Below, one piece after another: positions 1 to 9,424 of a stretch of DNA of 64,000 nucleotides. Source of the stretch: a virus; the IMG/VR virus record IMGVR_UViG_3300017716_002841, positions 1 through 64,000 of that record; one strand, given 5' to 3'. The first letter of the stretch is position 1; each line of letters begins with the position of its first letter. A program made the translations under genes and the position numbers. The notes under the pieces were generated by a model. The model ran no database searches and had not been told where the DNA came from. It saw nothing but the letters and a program-made list of their open reading frames with translations.

Positions 1-96
1 AGAGTGCAGTGTTTAAGAAAAGTGTTACCGCTAACCAGGCTGTAACAGCTTGAATAGCTGTACTTGAATTAAATAGGAACGGTACTATAATAAGGT

Positions 97-255
97 ATGT
101 CTGAAACAGAATCATCACTTGAAGCGGAAATTATTCACCTTGTTGAAGTAGTTAAACTCTTACAAGAGGAGGTTAAATTGCTGCAACGAGATGTTTATAT
201 TTTGCAAAGTAATACTACCACAACAAGATCGCACGTAGGAACATTTATACAATAA
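97..255 (+). CDS. small hypothetical protein (52 aa, coiled-coil-like), not in ORF track
   Basis: ATG 5 nt after TATAAT of the motif at 76; MSETESSLEAEIIHLVEVVKLLQEEVKLLQRD... Confidence 0.65.
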   Translation: MSETESSLEAEIIHLVEVVKLLQEEVKLLQRDVYILQSNTTTTRSHVGTFIQ

Positions 256-259
256 CAAT

Positions 260-397
260 ATGAAACATTTAAAAATTACGCATCTTAAAACACTTAACCG
301 GCTTGCAGCAGGTTTATTTTTATTGTCAGGTGATACATTACTCGCAGGGTTATTTTTAATAATTGCTGAATCAGTGACAATCATAGAGGAACTTTGA
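260..397 (+). CDS. small hydrophobic protein (45 aa), not in ORF track
   Basis: Follows motif at 238; MKHLKITHLKTLNRLAAGLFLLSGDTLLAGLFLIIAESVTIIEEL. Confidence 0.65.
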   Translation: MKHLKITHLKTLNRLAAGLFLLSGDTLLAGLFLIIAESVTIIEEL

Positions 398-408
398 TAT
401 CATAAGGT

Positions 409-609
409 ATGACCAACAACCACATTGTTTTAATTGATTATAGCGATTGTACGAACGAGTATCGTGAGTTTGAATCGTATAAGCAGGCTTTTGACTTTCT
501 CAAAAACACGCTAGAGCCTGACGAGAATGTTGAGTATGCTCAAATTGTTCGTGCTGAGCATCAATACAGCTGGTCGAATCCAAACTGCTCATCGGAGGGA
601 GATTTCTAA
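409..609 (+). CDS. hypothetical early protein
   Basis: ORF directly after motif at 388. Confidence 0.7.
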   Translation: MTNNHIVLIDYSDCTNEYREFESYKQAFDFLKNTLEPDENVEYAQIVRAEHQYSWSNPNCSSEGDF

Positions 610-610
610 T

Positions 611-841
611 ATGAAGAGTTTAATTTTTGTAGCTCTGTTGTGCTTATCATTCTGTTCGTGTATTGCTGTAGACCCTTACACAGTTGTATATGGTCCTGCA
701 ACTGTTCAAAGGTATTACACTCCAACTATCATTACCACATATGGTTCTACGTATGTAAGACCATACTACGTAAGGCCTTATTATACATCTATGTATTACA
801 ATCACTACTATCAATCTAGATATTATCGTAGTTGTCGTTAA
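611..841 (+). CDS. putative Tyr-rich lipoprotein
   Basis: Internal ATG 611; MKSLIFVALLCLSFCSC signal with lipobox-like Cys; Tyr-rich tail. Confidence 0.6.
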   Translation: MKSLIFVALLCLSFCSCIAVDPYTVVYGPATVQRYYTPTIITTYGSTYVRPYYVRPYYTSMYYNHYYQSRYYRSCR

Positions 842-881
842 TAAACTAATGCCAGTATATCGTATACTATAAATATACTAG

Positions 882-1238
882 ATGAGAGTAACTTTAATTG
901 AGTATGATAGCGGACGTATACGTTATATCTCTGCCGACATTTATATCTTAAAGCCGGACCCTAACCGTAAACACAAGTATATAGCTTGTGATAAGCGTAA
1001 CTATGCGTGGATTGATAACTATACACATATAAAGAAGCTAACGGATACTGTGTATAGAAATAATTCCGGTTATTATTTTCTAACAGAAGAGCATCCTTTC
1101 TTTAACGCTCCGCTTATTAATAGATCTGCTGTTAAGAATAAACTAGATGATAACTTTTTAATATCACACCTACTTGAAGGTATTAGATATCATGTTAAGA
1201 AATCTATATTAGAAGCTTCAGCACACTATAATAAATAG
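882..1238 (+). CDS. MRY/PETHP-family paralogue 1
   Basis: MRVTLI start; LTEEHPFFN motif; TATAAATA at 868-875. Confidence 0.75.
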   Translation: MRVTLIEYDSGRIRYISADIYILKPDPNRKHKYIACDKRNYAWIDNYTHIKKLTDTVYRNNSGYYFLTEEHPFFNAPLINRSAVKNKLDDNFLISHLLEGIRYHVKKSILEASAHYNK

Positions 1239-1475
1239 TGTTATGGCTGTTATGATTATTAATTATCTTATATATGCGATGATAGCTCTATCGCTAATAC
1301 CTGCAATTTTAATTTTTATAGCAGATATTATTAAATATAGAGATGATGACTGATGTTAGATTAGAAACATTGCTAGTTGTTATAATAAGTTGCTTACTCG
1401 CTTTTATCTTAAGCTTTAAGATTAAAAGAATGAAATAACTCCTTGTTATTAATAGACAGTACTGTATAATAAGAC

Positions 1476-1673
1476 ATGGATAATAAAGGCGCATTACAAC
1501 TTGAACTCATGTCTGTTAAAAAGAAGATCAAATTGCTAATGAATTTTAGAAATTATGGAGATGTTCTCGGCAAATCTAAGGAAGATGATAAAAGAGACTT
1601 AGCTGCTCTTGTTACAAAGCAAAAAGAACTCATCGGAAGAATTAAAAAGAAAGTCGAGGATTACGATAAATAA
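1476..1673 (+). CDS. hypothetical basic protein
   Basis: TATAAT 5 nt before ATG. Confidence 0.65.
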   Translation: MDNKGALQLELMSVKKKIKLLMNFRNYGDVLGKSKEDDKRDLAALVTKQKELIGRIKKKVEDYDK

Positions 1674-1679
1674 TCATAC

Positions 1680-2030
1680 ATGCGAGTAAACTTTGTACAG
1701 CTACATTTTGCCGAAGAACAGCGTAGCTACCGCTATAAGGATATTTTAAGGCATTCCAATAGCTCTATTGAGGGACCTGAAGCTCTAGAGGACGGTTACT
1801 ACGGTTGGAAAAAAGAAAAAGACTTTGCATGGTTTGATAATGGTGATAATGATTATGTAATTGCTTTTTACGAGAACCATCCGTTCTTTAATTGTATGAT
1901 CTTACGTTATGCTGATAATTTATTATATGATGCTGGTGGGTATGCGTCTTATTCACCTGCTAGTGAGGTAGTAGAACCCTGGTTTAAAAAGGTTCTTACT
2001 AATTACAGGAGACGTCAAAAGAGAAAGTAA
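1680..2030 (+). CDS. MRY/PETHP-family paralogue 2
   Basis: MRVNFV start; FYENHPFFN motif; TAAATA 1667-1672. Confidence 0.75.
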   Translation: MRVNFVQLHFAEEQRSYRYKDILRHSNSSIEGPEALEDGYYGWKKEKDFAWFDNGDNDYVIAFYENHPFFNCMILRYADNLLYDAGGYASYSPASEVVEPWFKKVLTNYRRRQKRK

Positions 2031-2045
2031 CTACTAAATATTAAC

Positions 2046-2387
2046 ATGAATCGAATTAACTATGTTACTTTACATTTGAAACGAACAGAAGACCAGTTTG
2101 AAGTTGATAGTATTGATATTGATAAAGACCGCTCTGAAGAGGATAATACACCCTTTAGTGAATTGTCAAATACATCAAAAGATAGTACATTTAAATACTC
2201 TGCATTTGAAACGAGATTCGGTACGATGGTAGAAATAGGTCTCAGCGAAAGATGTCCTATGTATAATTTTTCCCTTGTATGGGATGAATACAGTGAACGT
2301 GGACTTACTAATGCTGAAACTTCTGATGCTATAGCTGATTTATTCATTAGCTATTTATTTTCGCAGGGTCTCGATAGCATCGAGTAA
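2046..2387 (+). CDS. MRY/PETHP-family paralogue 3 (divergent)
   Basis: MNRINYV start; LSERCPMYNF motif variant; TAAATA 2035-2040. Confidence 0.65.
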   Translation: MNRINYVTLHLKRTEDQFEVDSIDIDKDRSEEDNTPFSELSNTSKDSTFKYSAFETRFGTMVEIGLSERCPMYNFSLVWDEYSERGLTNAETSDAIADLFISYLFSQGLDSIE

Positions 2388-2422
2388 GTTGAACAGTAAG
2401 GGAACTTCGATATAATCATGGT

Positions 2423-2593
2423 ATGGGACACCGAAATTATATCACGCTTGTCGACGAAATTGTTCGTAATGCTCGTAAGGAAGTAGATTGCTTTGCTGAT
2501 ACTAAAGAAGAGGTAGAGAGTCTCTGCGAGTATCTTGAACGCAGCATCCAAGAGCTCTGCAAGAATGTTAAAGATGGCTTCACGGAACTCTGA
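2423..2593 (+). CDS. hypothetical early protein (56 aa), not in ORF track
   Basis: After motif 2401; MGHRNYITLVDEIVRNARKE...GFTEL. Confidence 0.6.
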   Translation: MGHRNYITLVDEIVRNARKEVDCFADTKEEVESLCEYLERSIQELCKNVKDGFTEL

Positions 2594-2607
2594 TATCATA
2601 GACATAT

Positions 2608-2853
2608 ATGGAAGTAGAATTTGATCGCGTTGAGGATGGTATGATTCAATACAAATGCACCGATACAAGCGGTAGGGTATATGGTGTTGCAGATACTATT
2701 CAAGAAGGAATGATTATGGATACAGTCGTCATTGATATGGATACATATGATGAAGTAGAGGATAGTGAATTATTTAAACGCATTGTAACAGCACGAGCGA
2801 TTTACCTCAACGATAGTTACGAAGCTCTTGAAGCAATGAAGGAACTCTATTAA
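2608..2853 (+). CDS. hypothetical acidic early protein
   Basis: After motif 2584. Confidence 0.7.
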   Translation: MEVEFDRVEDGMIQYKCTDTSGRVYGVADTIQEGMIMDTVVIDMDTYDEVEDSELFKRIVTARAIYLNDSYEALEAMKELY

Positions 2854-2862
2854 AATAATAGT

Positions 2863-3261
2863 ATGGCAACAAGAAGTACAATTAGTCTAAAAACAGAAAG
2901 CGGTTATAGTACAATTTACTGTCACTGGGATGGATATCCTTCTCATACTGGTAGGTTGCTGAAAGAGCATTATGATACACAAGAAAAAGCAGAAGAGTTA
3001 ATCAAGCTCGGATCTCTTAGCTACCTTAGAAAGTTCGTCAAACCAGGTGATGGAGTGTCTCATACTTTCGATGAACCCGCTACCGATGTAACTGTTGCGT
3101 ATTATCGTGATCGTAAGGAGGGTGCAGTTCCACATATTAGCGGATACGAAGATATTAATAGTGTCTATCAAGATGGTGAAGATTACAATTATGTATTTGA
3201 AGATGGTAAATGGTGGCTTGTTACAAAGGATTATCTTTATTGTTTAAATAATAATTTTTAG
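2863..3261 (+). CDS. conserved phage protein (YCHWDGYP family)
   Basis: MATRSTI...IYCHWDGYPS..G..L..HY, a motif widespread in phage early proteins. Confidence 0.8.
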   Translation: MATRSTISLKTESGYSTIYCHWDGYPSHTGRLLKEHYDTQEKAEELIKLGSLSYLRKFVKPGDGVSHTFDEPATDVTVAYYRDRKEGAVPHISGYEDINSVYQDGEDYNYVFEDGKWWLVTKDYLYCLNNNF

Positions 3262-3339
3262 CTTGAGCCCTTTCGAAAAGTTAAACCTTTCGCATCAACG
3301 GCTGAATAAAGTTTAAAGGAACACTGATATAATAATAGT

Positions 3340-3645
3340 ATGCAAGACAACGACGAACTCTTCGACAATTATATTCAACAAGAATTCAACGGATACTTTC
3401 GCTTGGAAGGAACTGAAGGTGTACGCAACCTAGAAAAACTCTGCGAGGGTCTTGGCTATCGCGATGGGCAATTCATCGGGCAGCATTATATATTAAACTT
3501 CCTTGCTGATAATCCAGGAGCGATTGAGAAGCTCTTTGAATTCATTCAAGAGGGTGTTAGCAATCCATACAATACAGAATGGGCTGAAGCTCTCGACCTT
3601 GAGAGCTACGCACACGAGGAAGAAGACGAAACTACGGAACACTAA
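3340..3645 (+). CDS. hypothetical early protein
   Basis: After motif 3318; FLADNPGAIE motif; acidic tail. Confidence 0.75.
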   Translation: MQDNDELFDNYIQQEFNGYFRLEGTEGVRNLEKLCEGLGYRDGQFIGQHYILNFLADNPGAIEKLFEFIQEGVSNPYNTEWAEALDLESYAHEEEDETTEH

Positions 3646-3659
3646 TATAATTAAGAGTA

Positions 3660-3875
3660 ATGAAGAATCTGAATAGTTACGTTGAGAAGGTCTGGGCAGA
3701 GACAACGATTGAAGGTAAGCTCTCTGCATTCACAGAACTAGTAAACAACTCTCACGCAAAGAAAGAAAAAAAGGCGTTAACGCTGCGTCAAGCAGCGCGA
3801 TGCTCTATGCAGAAGCTCGATAGCCTGGCTGTAAATTACTCGATGGCAGGTGAAGGGTTAAAAGTATTAAGCTGA
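3660..3875 (+). CDS. hypothetical early protein
   Basis: After motif 3636. Confidence 0.7.
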   Translation: MKNLNSYVEKVWAETTIEGKLSAFTELVNNSHAKKEKKALTLRQAARCSMQKLDSLAVNYSMAGEGLKVLS

Positions 3876-3962
3876 TATCTAAAAAACACCTTGATAAAAC
3901 AAGGGAACAATTCTATAATAATAGAGAAGACGGTAACGTCAACAACAAACAAACATAATAAT

Positions 3963-4184
3963 ATGAAGAAGACAAATGAAAGCTGGAGCCAATACCTCAA
4001 CAACAAAAGTGTCCGTCCTAAGACGTTCAACGTCACCATGCGTCGTAATAGCCGTGGTGAGTTCATTGTAGTAGGCGGTCAGTCGCTAATGGAAGCAAAG
4101 GATGGTTACAATAGTGAGTGGGTTAAGGTTAATAGCCGCTCACTTGTGAAGGCAATTACCGAATCCGGTATCGTTGCACTGTAA
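3963..4184 (+). CDS. hypothetical early protein with A/C-rich leader
   Basis: Motif 3904, unstructured leader, ATG 3963, followed by a terminator. Confidence 0.7.
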   Translation: MKKTNESWSQYLNNKSVRPKTFNVTMRRNSRGEFIVVGGQSLMEAKDGYNSEWVKVNSRSLVKAITESGIVAL

Positions 4185-4198
4185 TATAAACTAGCATA

Positions 4199-4234
4199 AA
4201 CCCTACTGCGTGTAATGCGCAGTAGGGTTATTTG
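4199..4234 (+). terminator. intrinsic terminator
   Basis: 12-bp stem aaccctactgcg/cgcagtagggtt followed by T-rich tail. Confidence 0.8.
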
Positions 4235-4255
4235 TTTATAAATATAAATACTCTC

Positions 4256-4414
4256 ATGGAAAAACAACACAACATTTACGATACGTATCTTGAGCTCCAA
4301 ACAAAACGTATCGATAAGACAATCACAGATGAAGAGAAAGAAATTTTGCTAAATATATGCACTTTATTTTTAAATGACCTGCTTAGTGAGAGGACCTCGT
4401 CTGAGGAAGTTTAA
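4256..4414 (+). CDS. hypothetical protein (late-type promoter)
   Basis: TATAAATA 4243-4250, ATG 4256. Confidence 0.6.
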   Translation: MEKQHNIYDTYLELQTKRIDKTITDEEKEILLNICTLFLNDLLSERTSSEEV

Positions 4415-4437
4415 CGGAACACTGATATAATAATGGT

Positions 4438-4752
4438 ATGAAGACGTTATATATTATTAAATGCCAGTCTAAAGAGTGGTACGGGTGTTGTGATAATATC
4501 GGTGATCCTGCACATGGTCGCTACAAGATGAAAGGTGGACAAGACTTTGTCATCGAAGCAGATGATCAGCAAATGGATGACGAAGAGGATAAGATCTTCG
4601 CAAACTTTAACGAGAAGTACGACAAAGTCGGTCGCTTCTACCGTTATGAAGCAAAATCGATCGACTGGTACAGTGAACCGGTTGTGGCAAAGTTTGTCGA
4701 TGGTGAAATTATCATCCCCTTTACCGACTCTCTCGACGGAACTTCCGTATAA
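4438..4752 (+). CDS. hypothetical early protein
   Basis: After motif 4416; YKMKGG motif. Confidence 0.75.
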   Translation: MKTLYIIKCQSKEWYGCCDNIGDPAHGRYKMKGGQDFVIEADDQQMDDEEDKIFANFNEKYDKVGRFYRYEAKSIDWYSEPVVAKFVDGEIIIPFTDSLDGTSV

Positions 4753-4758
4753 TTAGAC

Positions 4759-4995
4759 ATGGAGAATAATATGATAGCAATTGGACCTATTGAAATTAAA
4801 CAACGCAACGGCGATTACTTCTATGTGGAAGTTTTTCGTGAAGGTGATAATCTTATTACTGGAACGTTTGCTAATGCATGCTTCCTTCAGGATGAATGGA
4901 CTGTTAGTATTTCTGAATGCGGATCTCTACAAGAGGCTTTAGAATCCTTATACGAAATTCTTGAGGAAGTAGCACACGAAGAAATTGCAGCATAA
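4759..4995 (+). CDS. hypothetical early protein
   Basis: After motif 4738. Confidence 0.7.
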   Translation: MENNMIAIGPIEIKQRNGDYFYVEVFREGDNLITGTFANACFLQDEWTVSISECGSLQEALESLYEILEEVAHEEIAA

Positions 4996-5000
4996 AAATT

Positions 5001-5195
5001 ATGAAAAATATTACTAAATGGATACAGGGATTTGTAGCAGGTGTTAGAACAACTCATCCCTACATTAGAGAGGTTCAAGAGGAGTGGCAATCACGTGTAC
5101 TAAACGATACAGAGAGCTATACAAGCTTTTGGGCATGGCAAAAAGGTTACAGTGCAGCTCACAGTCTTTGTGAGACGTTTGGAAGGGAACACTAA
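5001..5195 (+). CDS. hypothetical protein
   Basis: ORF in co-oriented run; ends inside the next motif (..GREH*). Confidence 0.65.
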   Translation: MKNITKWIQGFVAGVRTTHPYIREVQEEWQSRVLNDTESYTSFWAWQKGYSAAHSLCETFGREH

Positions 5196-5207
5196 TACAA
5201 TAATAAT

Positions 5208-5438
5208 ATGGAATACAATACTACATCCCCGCTGCTAGATCTCGCAATGAAATTTAAGACAGAACAAGCGTTTGATACAGGTTACACAGCACTTAAAGGT
5301 AATGCCTTTTCGTTCGATAATTACAATACAGAGAAGACACTCAGGTTCTTTACGAGTGAGGTACGTGATAACGCAGTACTACATCTTAAATCATTACTTG
5401 AGGAAGGTACTGACTTTAGTCTTGCTGACTTTATCTGA
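5208..5438 (+). CDS. hypothetical early protein
   Basis: After motif 5186. Confidence 0.7.
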   Translation: MEYNTTSPLLDLAMKFKTEQAFDTGYTALKGNAFSFDNYNTEKTLRFFTSEVRDNAVLHLKSLLEEGTDFSLADFI

Positions 5439-5641
5439 TGAAGACTTATCTCTATTGGGAGTATACGGAGCCTTATCCTGAGCATCCAACAGAGATGACT
5501 GTGGAGGACATTCTAAAGGTCTATTGGGAATACTTTAAGAAGCGAATGGATGCAAAGTTTGGACCTGAATATTATCTGACTACAGAAGAATGTTGTATCG
5601 AGGATTGGGCCGTAGTTAACTGGGCGTGGCTAAAGGAATGA
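5438..5641 (+). CDS. hypothetical Trp-rich protein
   Basis: TGATG coupling to upstream gene; CIEDWAVVNWAW C-terminus. Confidence 0.7.
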   Translation: MKTYLYWEYTEPYPEHPTEMTVEDILKVYWEYFKKRMDAKFGPEYYLTTEECCIEDWAVVNWAWLKE

Positions 5642-5661
5642 GTACGCTATAAATATACTAT

Positions 5662-6000
5662 GTGAGATACACTCTATACACAAAACCATCACATAGCTCT
5701 CATAAAGGAGAATGGGCAACGTTTCCTAATGCTTCGTTGCAATATGATGAACAACAAAACGCAGTAGTTAATCAGTCTGGTACTCCTTATGATATTGATA
5801 AGTCTCTAGATAATGGTATACTTATCGGCAAAGGTCGTAGCGGCGATAAGATCGCAGCAGTACCTGAGACACATCCTGCATTCAATATGATATTCTTTCA
5901 TAAACTGTTGTATGATTATGGCTTAGGAAGCAGAATGGCACGTCGTGCTTATCTTTTGAATTTATTAACTATAACCTTAAATAAGTTAACAAACATATGA
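5662..6000 (+). CDS. MRY/PETHP-family paralogue 4
   Basis: (V/M)RYTLY start; VPETHPAFN; TATAAATA 5648-5655. Confidence 0.75.
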   Translation: MRYTLYTKPSHSSHKGEWATFPNASLQYDEQQNAVVNQSGTPYDIDKSLDNGILIGKGRSGDKIAAVPETHPAFNMIFFHKLLYDYGLGSRMARRAYLLNLLTITLNKLTNI

Positions 6001-6356
6001 GATATAGTTACTTAGAAATATTTGTAGAAGATATTGCTACCGCCGCGGACCTCCGTCACGATACCTATAATTATAATAAGGATTCTTGGGATCCTGATTG
6101 GCATGATACTAAAGAGGGTCTTAGCTTTTATTTCAACGATCAAGACGAACGACTCTTAATGTCTGGTTCTATAAGAATACCTGAAACGCACCCCTTCTTT
6201 AACTTTGGGCTTTTAGAGAAGCAACAATACGGTAGAAGAGCAGGCTTTGACCTTAAGCTTTATCAGCCAGTAGAAGAATATGTACGTGTGCGATTAGCTA
6301 AAGCTGGTGTACCGATGACAGTAGACGAAGCGGGTGGAGACGACGAGAATCAATAG
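5997..6356 (+). CDS. MRY/PETHP-family paralogue 5
   Basis: MRYSYL; IPETHPFFN. Confidence 0.8.
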   Translation: MRYSYLEIFVEDIATAADLRHDTYNYNKDSWDPDWHDTKEGLSFYFNDQDERLLMSGSIRIPETHPFFNFGLLEKQQYGRRAGFDLKLYQPVEEYVRVRLAKAGVPMTVDEAGGDDENQ

Positions 6357-6407
6357 TATACAAGCGAGAGAATGAAATAATCTAACGGAACACTGATATA
6401 ATAAAGT

Positions 6408-6566
6408 ATGGCCACTAAGTTAGATGAAATGATGGAACGTGTATGCATGCTTGAAGACCTTTTCGAGTCAGCGGTTGCAGAGGATGATCGCTGGACTGCC
6501 AATAAGGCTCTACTGGAGTTGGATGAGATTAACAAACAGTTGGACGAGCTTGAAAGGGAACACTGA
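6408..6566 (+). CDS. small coiled-coil early protein (52 aa), not in ORF track
   Basis: After motif 6387; MATKLDEMMERV...LEREH. Confidence 0.65.
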   Translation: MATKLDEMMERVCMLEDLFESAVAEDDRWTANKALLELDEINKQLDELEREH

Positions 6567-6577
6567 TAATATCAGTT

Positions 6578-6871
6578 ATGAGCCTTGAGAAAGCAATTCA
6601 AAATAAGAAAGAATATCGCCAACCTTATCGCGGCTCGAAAGCGTTTGATTGCTCTTGCCGCAATCATGGCAGCTGCGGTTACTGCGAAAGCAATCGCACA
6701 CTCTTTGATAAGAAAGCACGGCTGCGCGTTGAAGGTCAAGTGGATGAATGGTTTGGTTACTGGAACCTTCCAGATCCTCATGATGCGAGCAGCGATGCAT
6801 ATGACGAGCGTCTAAAAGAAATTGGTATTGATCCTTGGGACTTTGAGACGCGTAAAGAATTAGACGTATAG
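6578..6871 (+). CDS. conserved phage Cys/His (CRNHGSC) protein
   Basis: DCSCRNHGSCGYCESNR putative Zn-binding motif. Confidence 0.75.
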   Translation: MSLEKAIQNKKEYRQPYRGSKAFDCSCRNHGSCGYCESNRTLFDKKARLRVEGQVDEWFGYWNLPDPHDASSDAYDERLKEIGIDPWDFETRKELDV

Positions 6872-6891
6872 GAACACTGATATAATAAGGT

Positions 6892-7194
6892 ATGAAACCT
6901 GAACAACAAAGAATCGCCATCGCGGAAGCGTGTGGTTGGGTTAAAGAAGTGGGAGTCACCGGAATTCAAAGGTGGAGAAACAACAGTGGTGAATTATACG
7001 AATACATTCCCGACTACCTCAACGACCTCAACGCGATGGCAGCAGCCGAGTCCATCATCATCAAGGCTGGGGCGCAAACCATTCGGCTTTATGAGGACGC
7101 ACTCCAAAGGTTTGTTGCTAACATCGTATTTGCCACCGCCGCCCAACGCGCCGAAGCCTTTTTGAAAACACTGAACTTATGGAAGGAACACTGA
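6892..7194 (+). CDS. phage ABA-sandwich-like protein
   Basis: IAIAEACGW...PDYLNDLNAM...ATAAQRAEAFL pattern. Confidence 0.65.
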   Translation: MKPEQQRIAIAEACGWVKEVGVTGIQRWRNNSGELYEYIPDYLNDLNAMAAAESIIIKAGAQTIRLYEDALQRFVANIVFATAAQRAEAFLKTLNLWKEH

Positions 7195-7206
7195 TATAAT
7201 AATGAT

Positions 7207-7386
7207 ATGCGATACACTACTAAGCCAGTTACTAAGCCTGATCCTGTCTCCGTCCTGAAGCACATGGACATCTCAGCGTGTGTGTTCAAACCAGAACCAC
7301 GAACGAATATCTATTTGCGTACACCAGCATACCGTAAGCGCAAATCGATCTCTTTGAAAGGGATGACAAATAGTGAATGTTATTGA
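7207..7386 (+). CDS. small basic early protein (59 aa), not in ORF track
   Basis: After motif 7185. Confidence 0.55.
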   Translation: MRYTTKPVTKPDPVSVLKHMDISACVFKPEPRTNIYLRTPAYRKRKSISLKGMTNSECY

Positions 7387-7432
7387 GTATATAGAATATA
7401 TGGTAGAGAGTGATAAATAATGTTAACGCATT

Positions 7433-7795
7433 ATGAGGTACGTTTACATATCAGCTCCCAATGAGAAAAAATATCTACTCTTCCATAGAGCACTTGCAAG
7501 TGAGGAGAATGGTAAGGTGTCATTAGATTATTATAAATCAGGTTTGAAGCGTCATTTTACTGCTACTTTTAAGAGTAAGGATGGTATATTGCTCAATATC
7601 AATCGGTTTAATGTTAATATAGTAGATTACAATATGTTCATACCAGAGACGAATCCTTATTTTAATATGAATGTACTAGGTGACGCATTTCCATATCTAG
7701 ATAAGTATCAACCAGAGGTGAGGGAAGCAGTCAAGAATAATGTGTATACAACTTTTAAAAGGGTATTGAGAGAGTACAAGGTGTCTTCTGAGTAG
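7433..7795 (+). CDS. MRY/PETHP-family paralogue 6
   Basis: MRYVYI; IPETNPYFN; TAAATA 7414-7419. Confidence 0.8.
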   Translation: MRYVYISAPNEKKYLLFHRALASEENGKVSLDYYKSGLKRHFTATFKSKDGILLNINRFNVNIVDYNMFIPETNPYFNMNVLGDAFPYLDKYQPEVREAVKNNVYTTFKRVLREYKVSSE

Positions 7796-7817
7796 CTAGG
7801 ATGAACTAAATAAGCAT

Positions 7818-8075
7818 ATGCAGAAGCAGTATATTGATATTCGGAGCGGTACCAAGCGTTACTTTAAAGACAAAGAGATGACGATTCTCCATCGCTTGGA
7901 TGGTCCTGCAGTTCAATACGCTAGCGGATATAAAGAGTGGAATGTTGATGGTAAACTTCATCGCACTGATGGACCAGCAATTGAATATCCTGACGAAGGG
8001 AAGGCCTGGTATATAAATGGGGTGTTTATTTTTAGTATCTCTAAAGATGGTACGCTACGGACTAGGATGCAATAA
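7818..8075 (+). CDS. HRxDGPA-repeat protein 1
   Basis: Two LHRxDGPA(V/I) repeats; TAAATA 7807-7812. Confidence 0.8.
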   Translation: MQKQYIDIRSGTKRYFKDKEMTILHRLDGPAVQYASGYKEWNVDGKLHRTDGPAIEYPDEGKAWYINGVFIFSISKDGTLRTRMQ

Positions 8076-8076
8076 T

Positions 8077-8364
8077 ATGGAACGCTATACAGATACAATT
8101 TCAGGAGAAGAGCTTTATATACATATTGGTCCAGGAGGTAGTAAGAATTACTACAAAGATAAAGAACTCGACATCCCTCACCGCGTAGATGGGCCAGCAT
8201 TTGAAAGTGATGATAGGGGTAAAATGTGGTATGTTAATGGTAACCTTCATCGGCTTGATGGACCAGCTGTTATATCTGCCATAGATAGTAAAAAGTGGTA
8301 TGTTAATGGTACCTTTATTCTTGAGGTAAATCATAAAGATAAGATAATCAAAAGGATGAGTTAA
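8077..8364 (+). CDS. HRxDGPA-repeat protein 2
   Basis: HRVDGPA and HRLDGPA repeats; start at internal ATG 8077. Confidence 0.8.
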   Translation: MERYTDTISGEELYIHIGPGGSKNYYKDKELDIPHRVDGPAFESDDRGKMWYVNGNLHRLDGPAVISAIDSKKWYVNGTFILEVNHKDKIIKRMS

Positions 8365-8381
8365 ATAACAGTAACACCAAT

Positions 8382-8642
8382 ATGGAAGAACAGTATATTG
8401 AAATTAACGAAAAAGGTTATAAGAACTACTTTAAGGATAAAAAGAAAACAATTCTTCACCGTGAAGATGGTCCAGCAGTTGAACATGCTGATGGATATCG
8501 AGCATGGTGGCTAAATGATAAACTTCACCGTCTAGATGGACCAGCTGTTGAATATTCTAGTGGAGGTAAAGGGTGGTTTGTTAATGATGTGTTTATTTTT
8601 GGGGTAGATAGTAGCGGTCAGTTGATCGAGAGGATGGAATAA
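8382..8642 (+). CDS. HRxDGPA-repeat protein 3
   Basis: HREDGPA and HRLDGPA repeats. Confidence 0.8.
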   Translation: MEEQYIEINEKGYKNYFKDKKKTILHREDGPAVEHADGYRAWWLNDKLHRLDGPAVEYSSGGKGWFVNDVFIFGVDSSGQLIERME

Positions 8643-8669
8643 AGTAAGGGAACTCTCATATCATTAGGT

Positions 8670-8888
8670 ATGACTGCTACCAAACCACAATTCGATCGTA
8701 AACGACACGGATCCTTATACGATCGCGGCTCAGCTGATTCTTACTATCGCCGTTCTGCCGCTCCTCATTGGTATCCAGAGGGATCGTTTAAGGGTGTGAG
8801 GGTTACTGAGCTCAATGCTGCAGAGAGGGCTGAATACAATGCTGGCTACACCGCGAATGAGGAAGCTGGTGACTTTAAGGAATGGTAA
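8670..8888 (+). CDS. conserved phage early protein
   Basis: RHGSLYDRGSADSYY...EYNAGY...GDFKEW; after motif 8649. Confidence 0.75.
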   Translation: MTATKPQFDRKRHGSLYDRGSADSYYRRSAAPHWYPEGSFKGVRVTELNAAERAEYNAGYTANEEAGDFKEW

Positions 8889-8910
8889 AGGAACACTGAT
8901 ATAATTAGGT

Positions 8911-9057
8911 ATGACCGCTGAACAATTACTCGACTTTCTTATGACTCAAACCTTCGCTGATTTCTACAAGGACGAACTTGAAGATTATATCACTGGTGAA
9001 GGTAGTCAGAGCAAGGAAGATATCATCGGCAATCTTAAGGAGCTGATGAATAAATAG
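8911..9057 (+). CDS. small early protein (48 aa), paralogue of 10510
   Basis: MTAEQLLDFLMTQTFADFYKDELEDYITG vs MTSEQVLDMITTQSFAEFLAYELENYVTG. Confidence 0.7.
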   Translation: MTAEQLLDFLMTQTFADFYKDELEDYITGEGSQSKEDIIGNLKELMNK

Positions 9058-9062
9058 TCTTG

Positions 9063-9419
9063 ATGAGATATAGTATTCTATTGGTTGATGTAGCAGTTAA
9101 TGGTGTTGATATAATAATTACGGCTGGTGCGTGGACAACTGCAGTAGGTAATGGAGATGATATAAAGGTGAATAAAGGTAATCTTAACAACTATTCATTA
9201 CCGGTAGTGAGTGAAGACGGGGCAAGAATGTATTACTTAAAAACAGATCCGAATAAGCACTATCTGTTACTCATACCAGAGACACATCAATACTATAATA
9301 GTTGTATATTAATGTATAACTTCGATCAAGATGGCGATCAAGATGGCTATGAAGGTAGCCAAAGAGTAGTGGAGATGATGAAGAAAATGTTCAACAAAAT
9401 AAGAAGAGAAATATACTAA
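9063..9419 (+). CDS. MRY/PETHP-family paralogue 7
   Basis: MRYSIL; IPETHQYYN; TAAATA 9051-9056. Confidence 0.8.
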   Translation: MRYSILLVDVAVNGVDIIITAGAWTTAVGNGDDIKVNKGNLNNYSLPVVSEDGARMYYLKTDPNKHYLLLIPETHQYYNSCILMYNFDQDGDQDGYEGSQRVVEMMKKMFNKIRREIY

Positions 9420-9424
9420 CGCAT

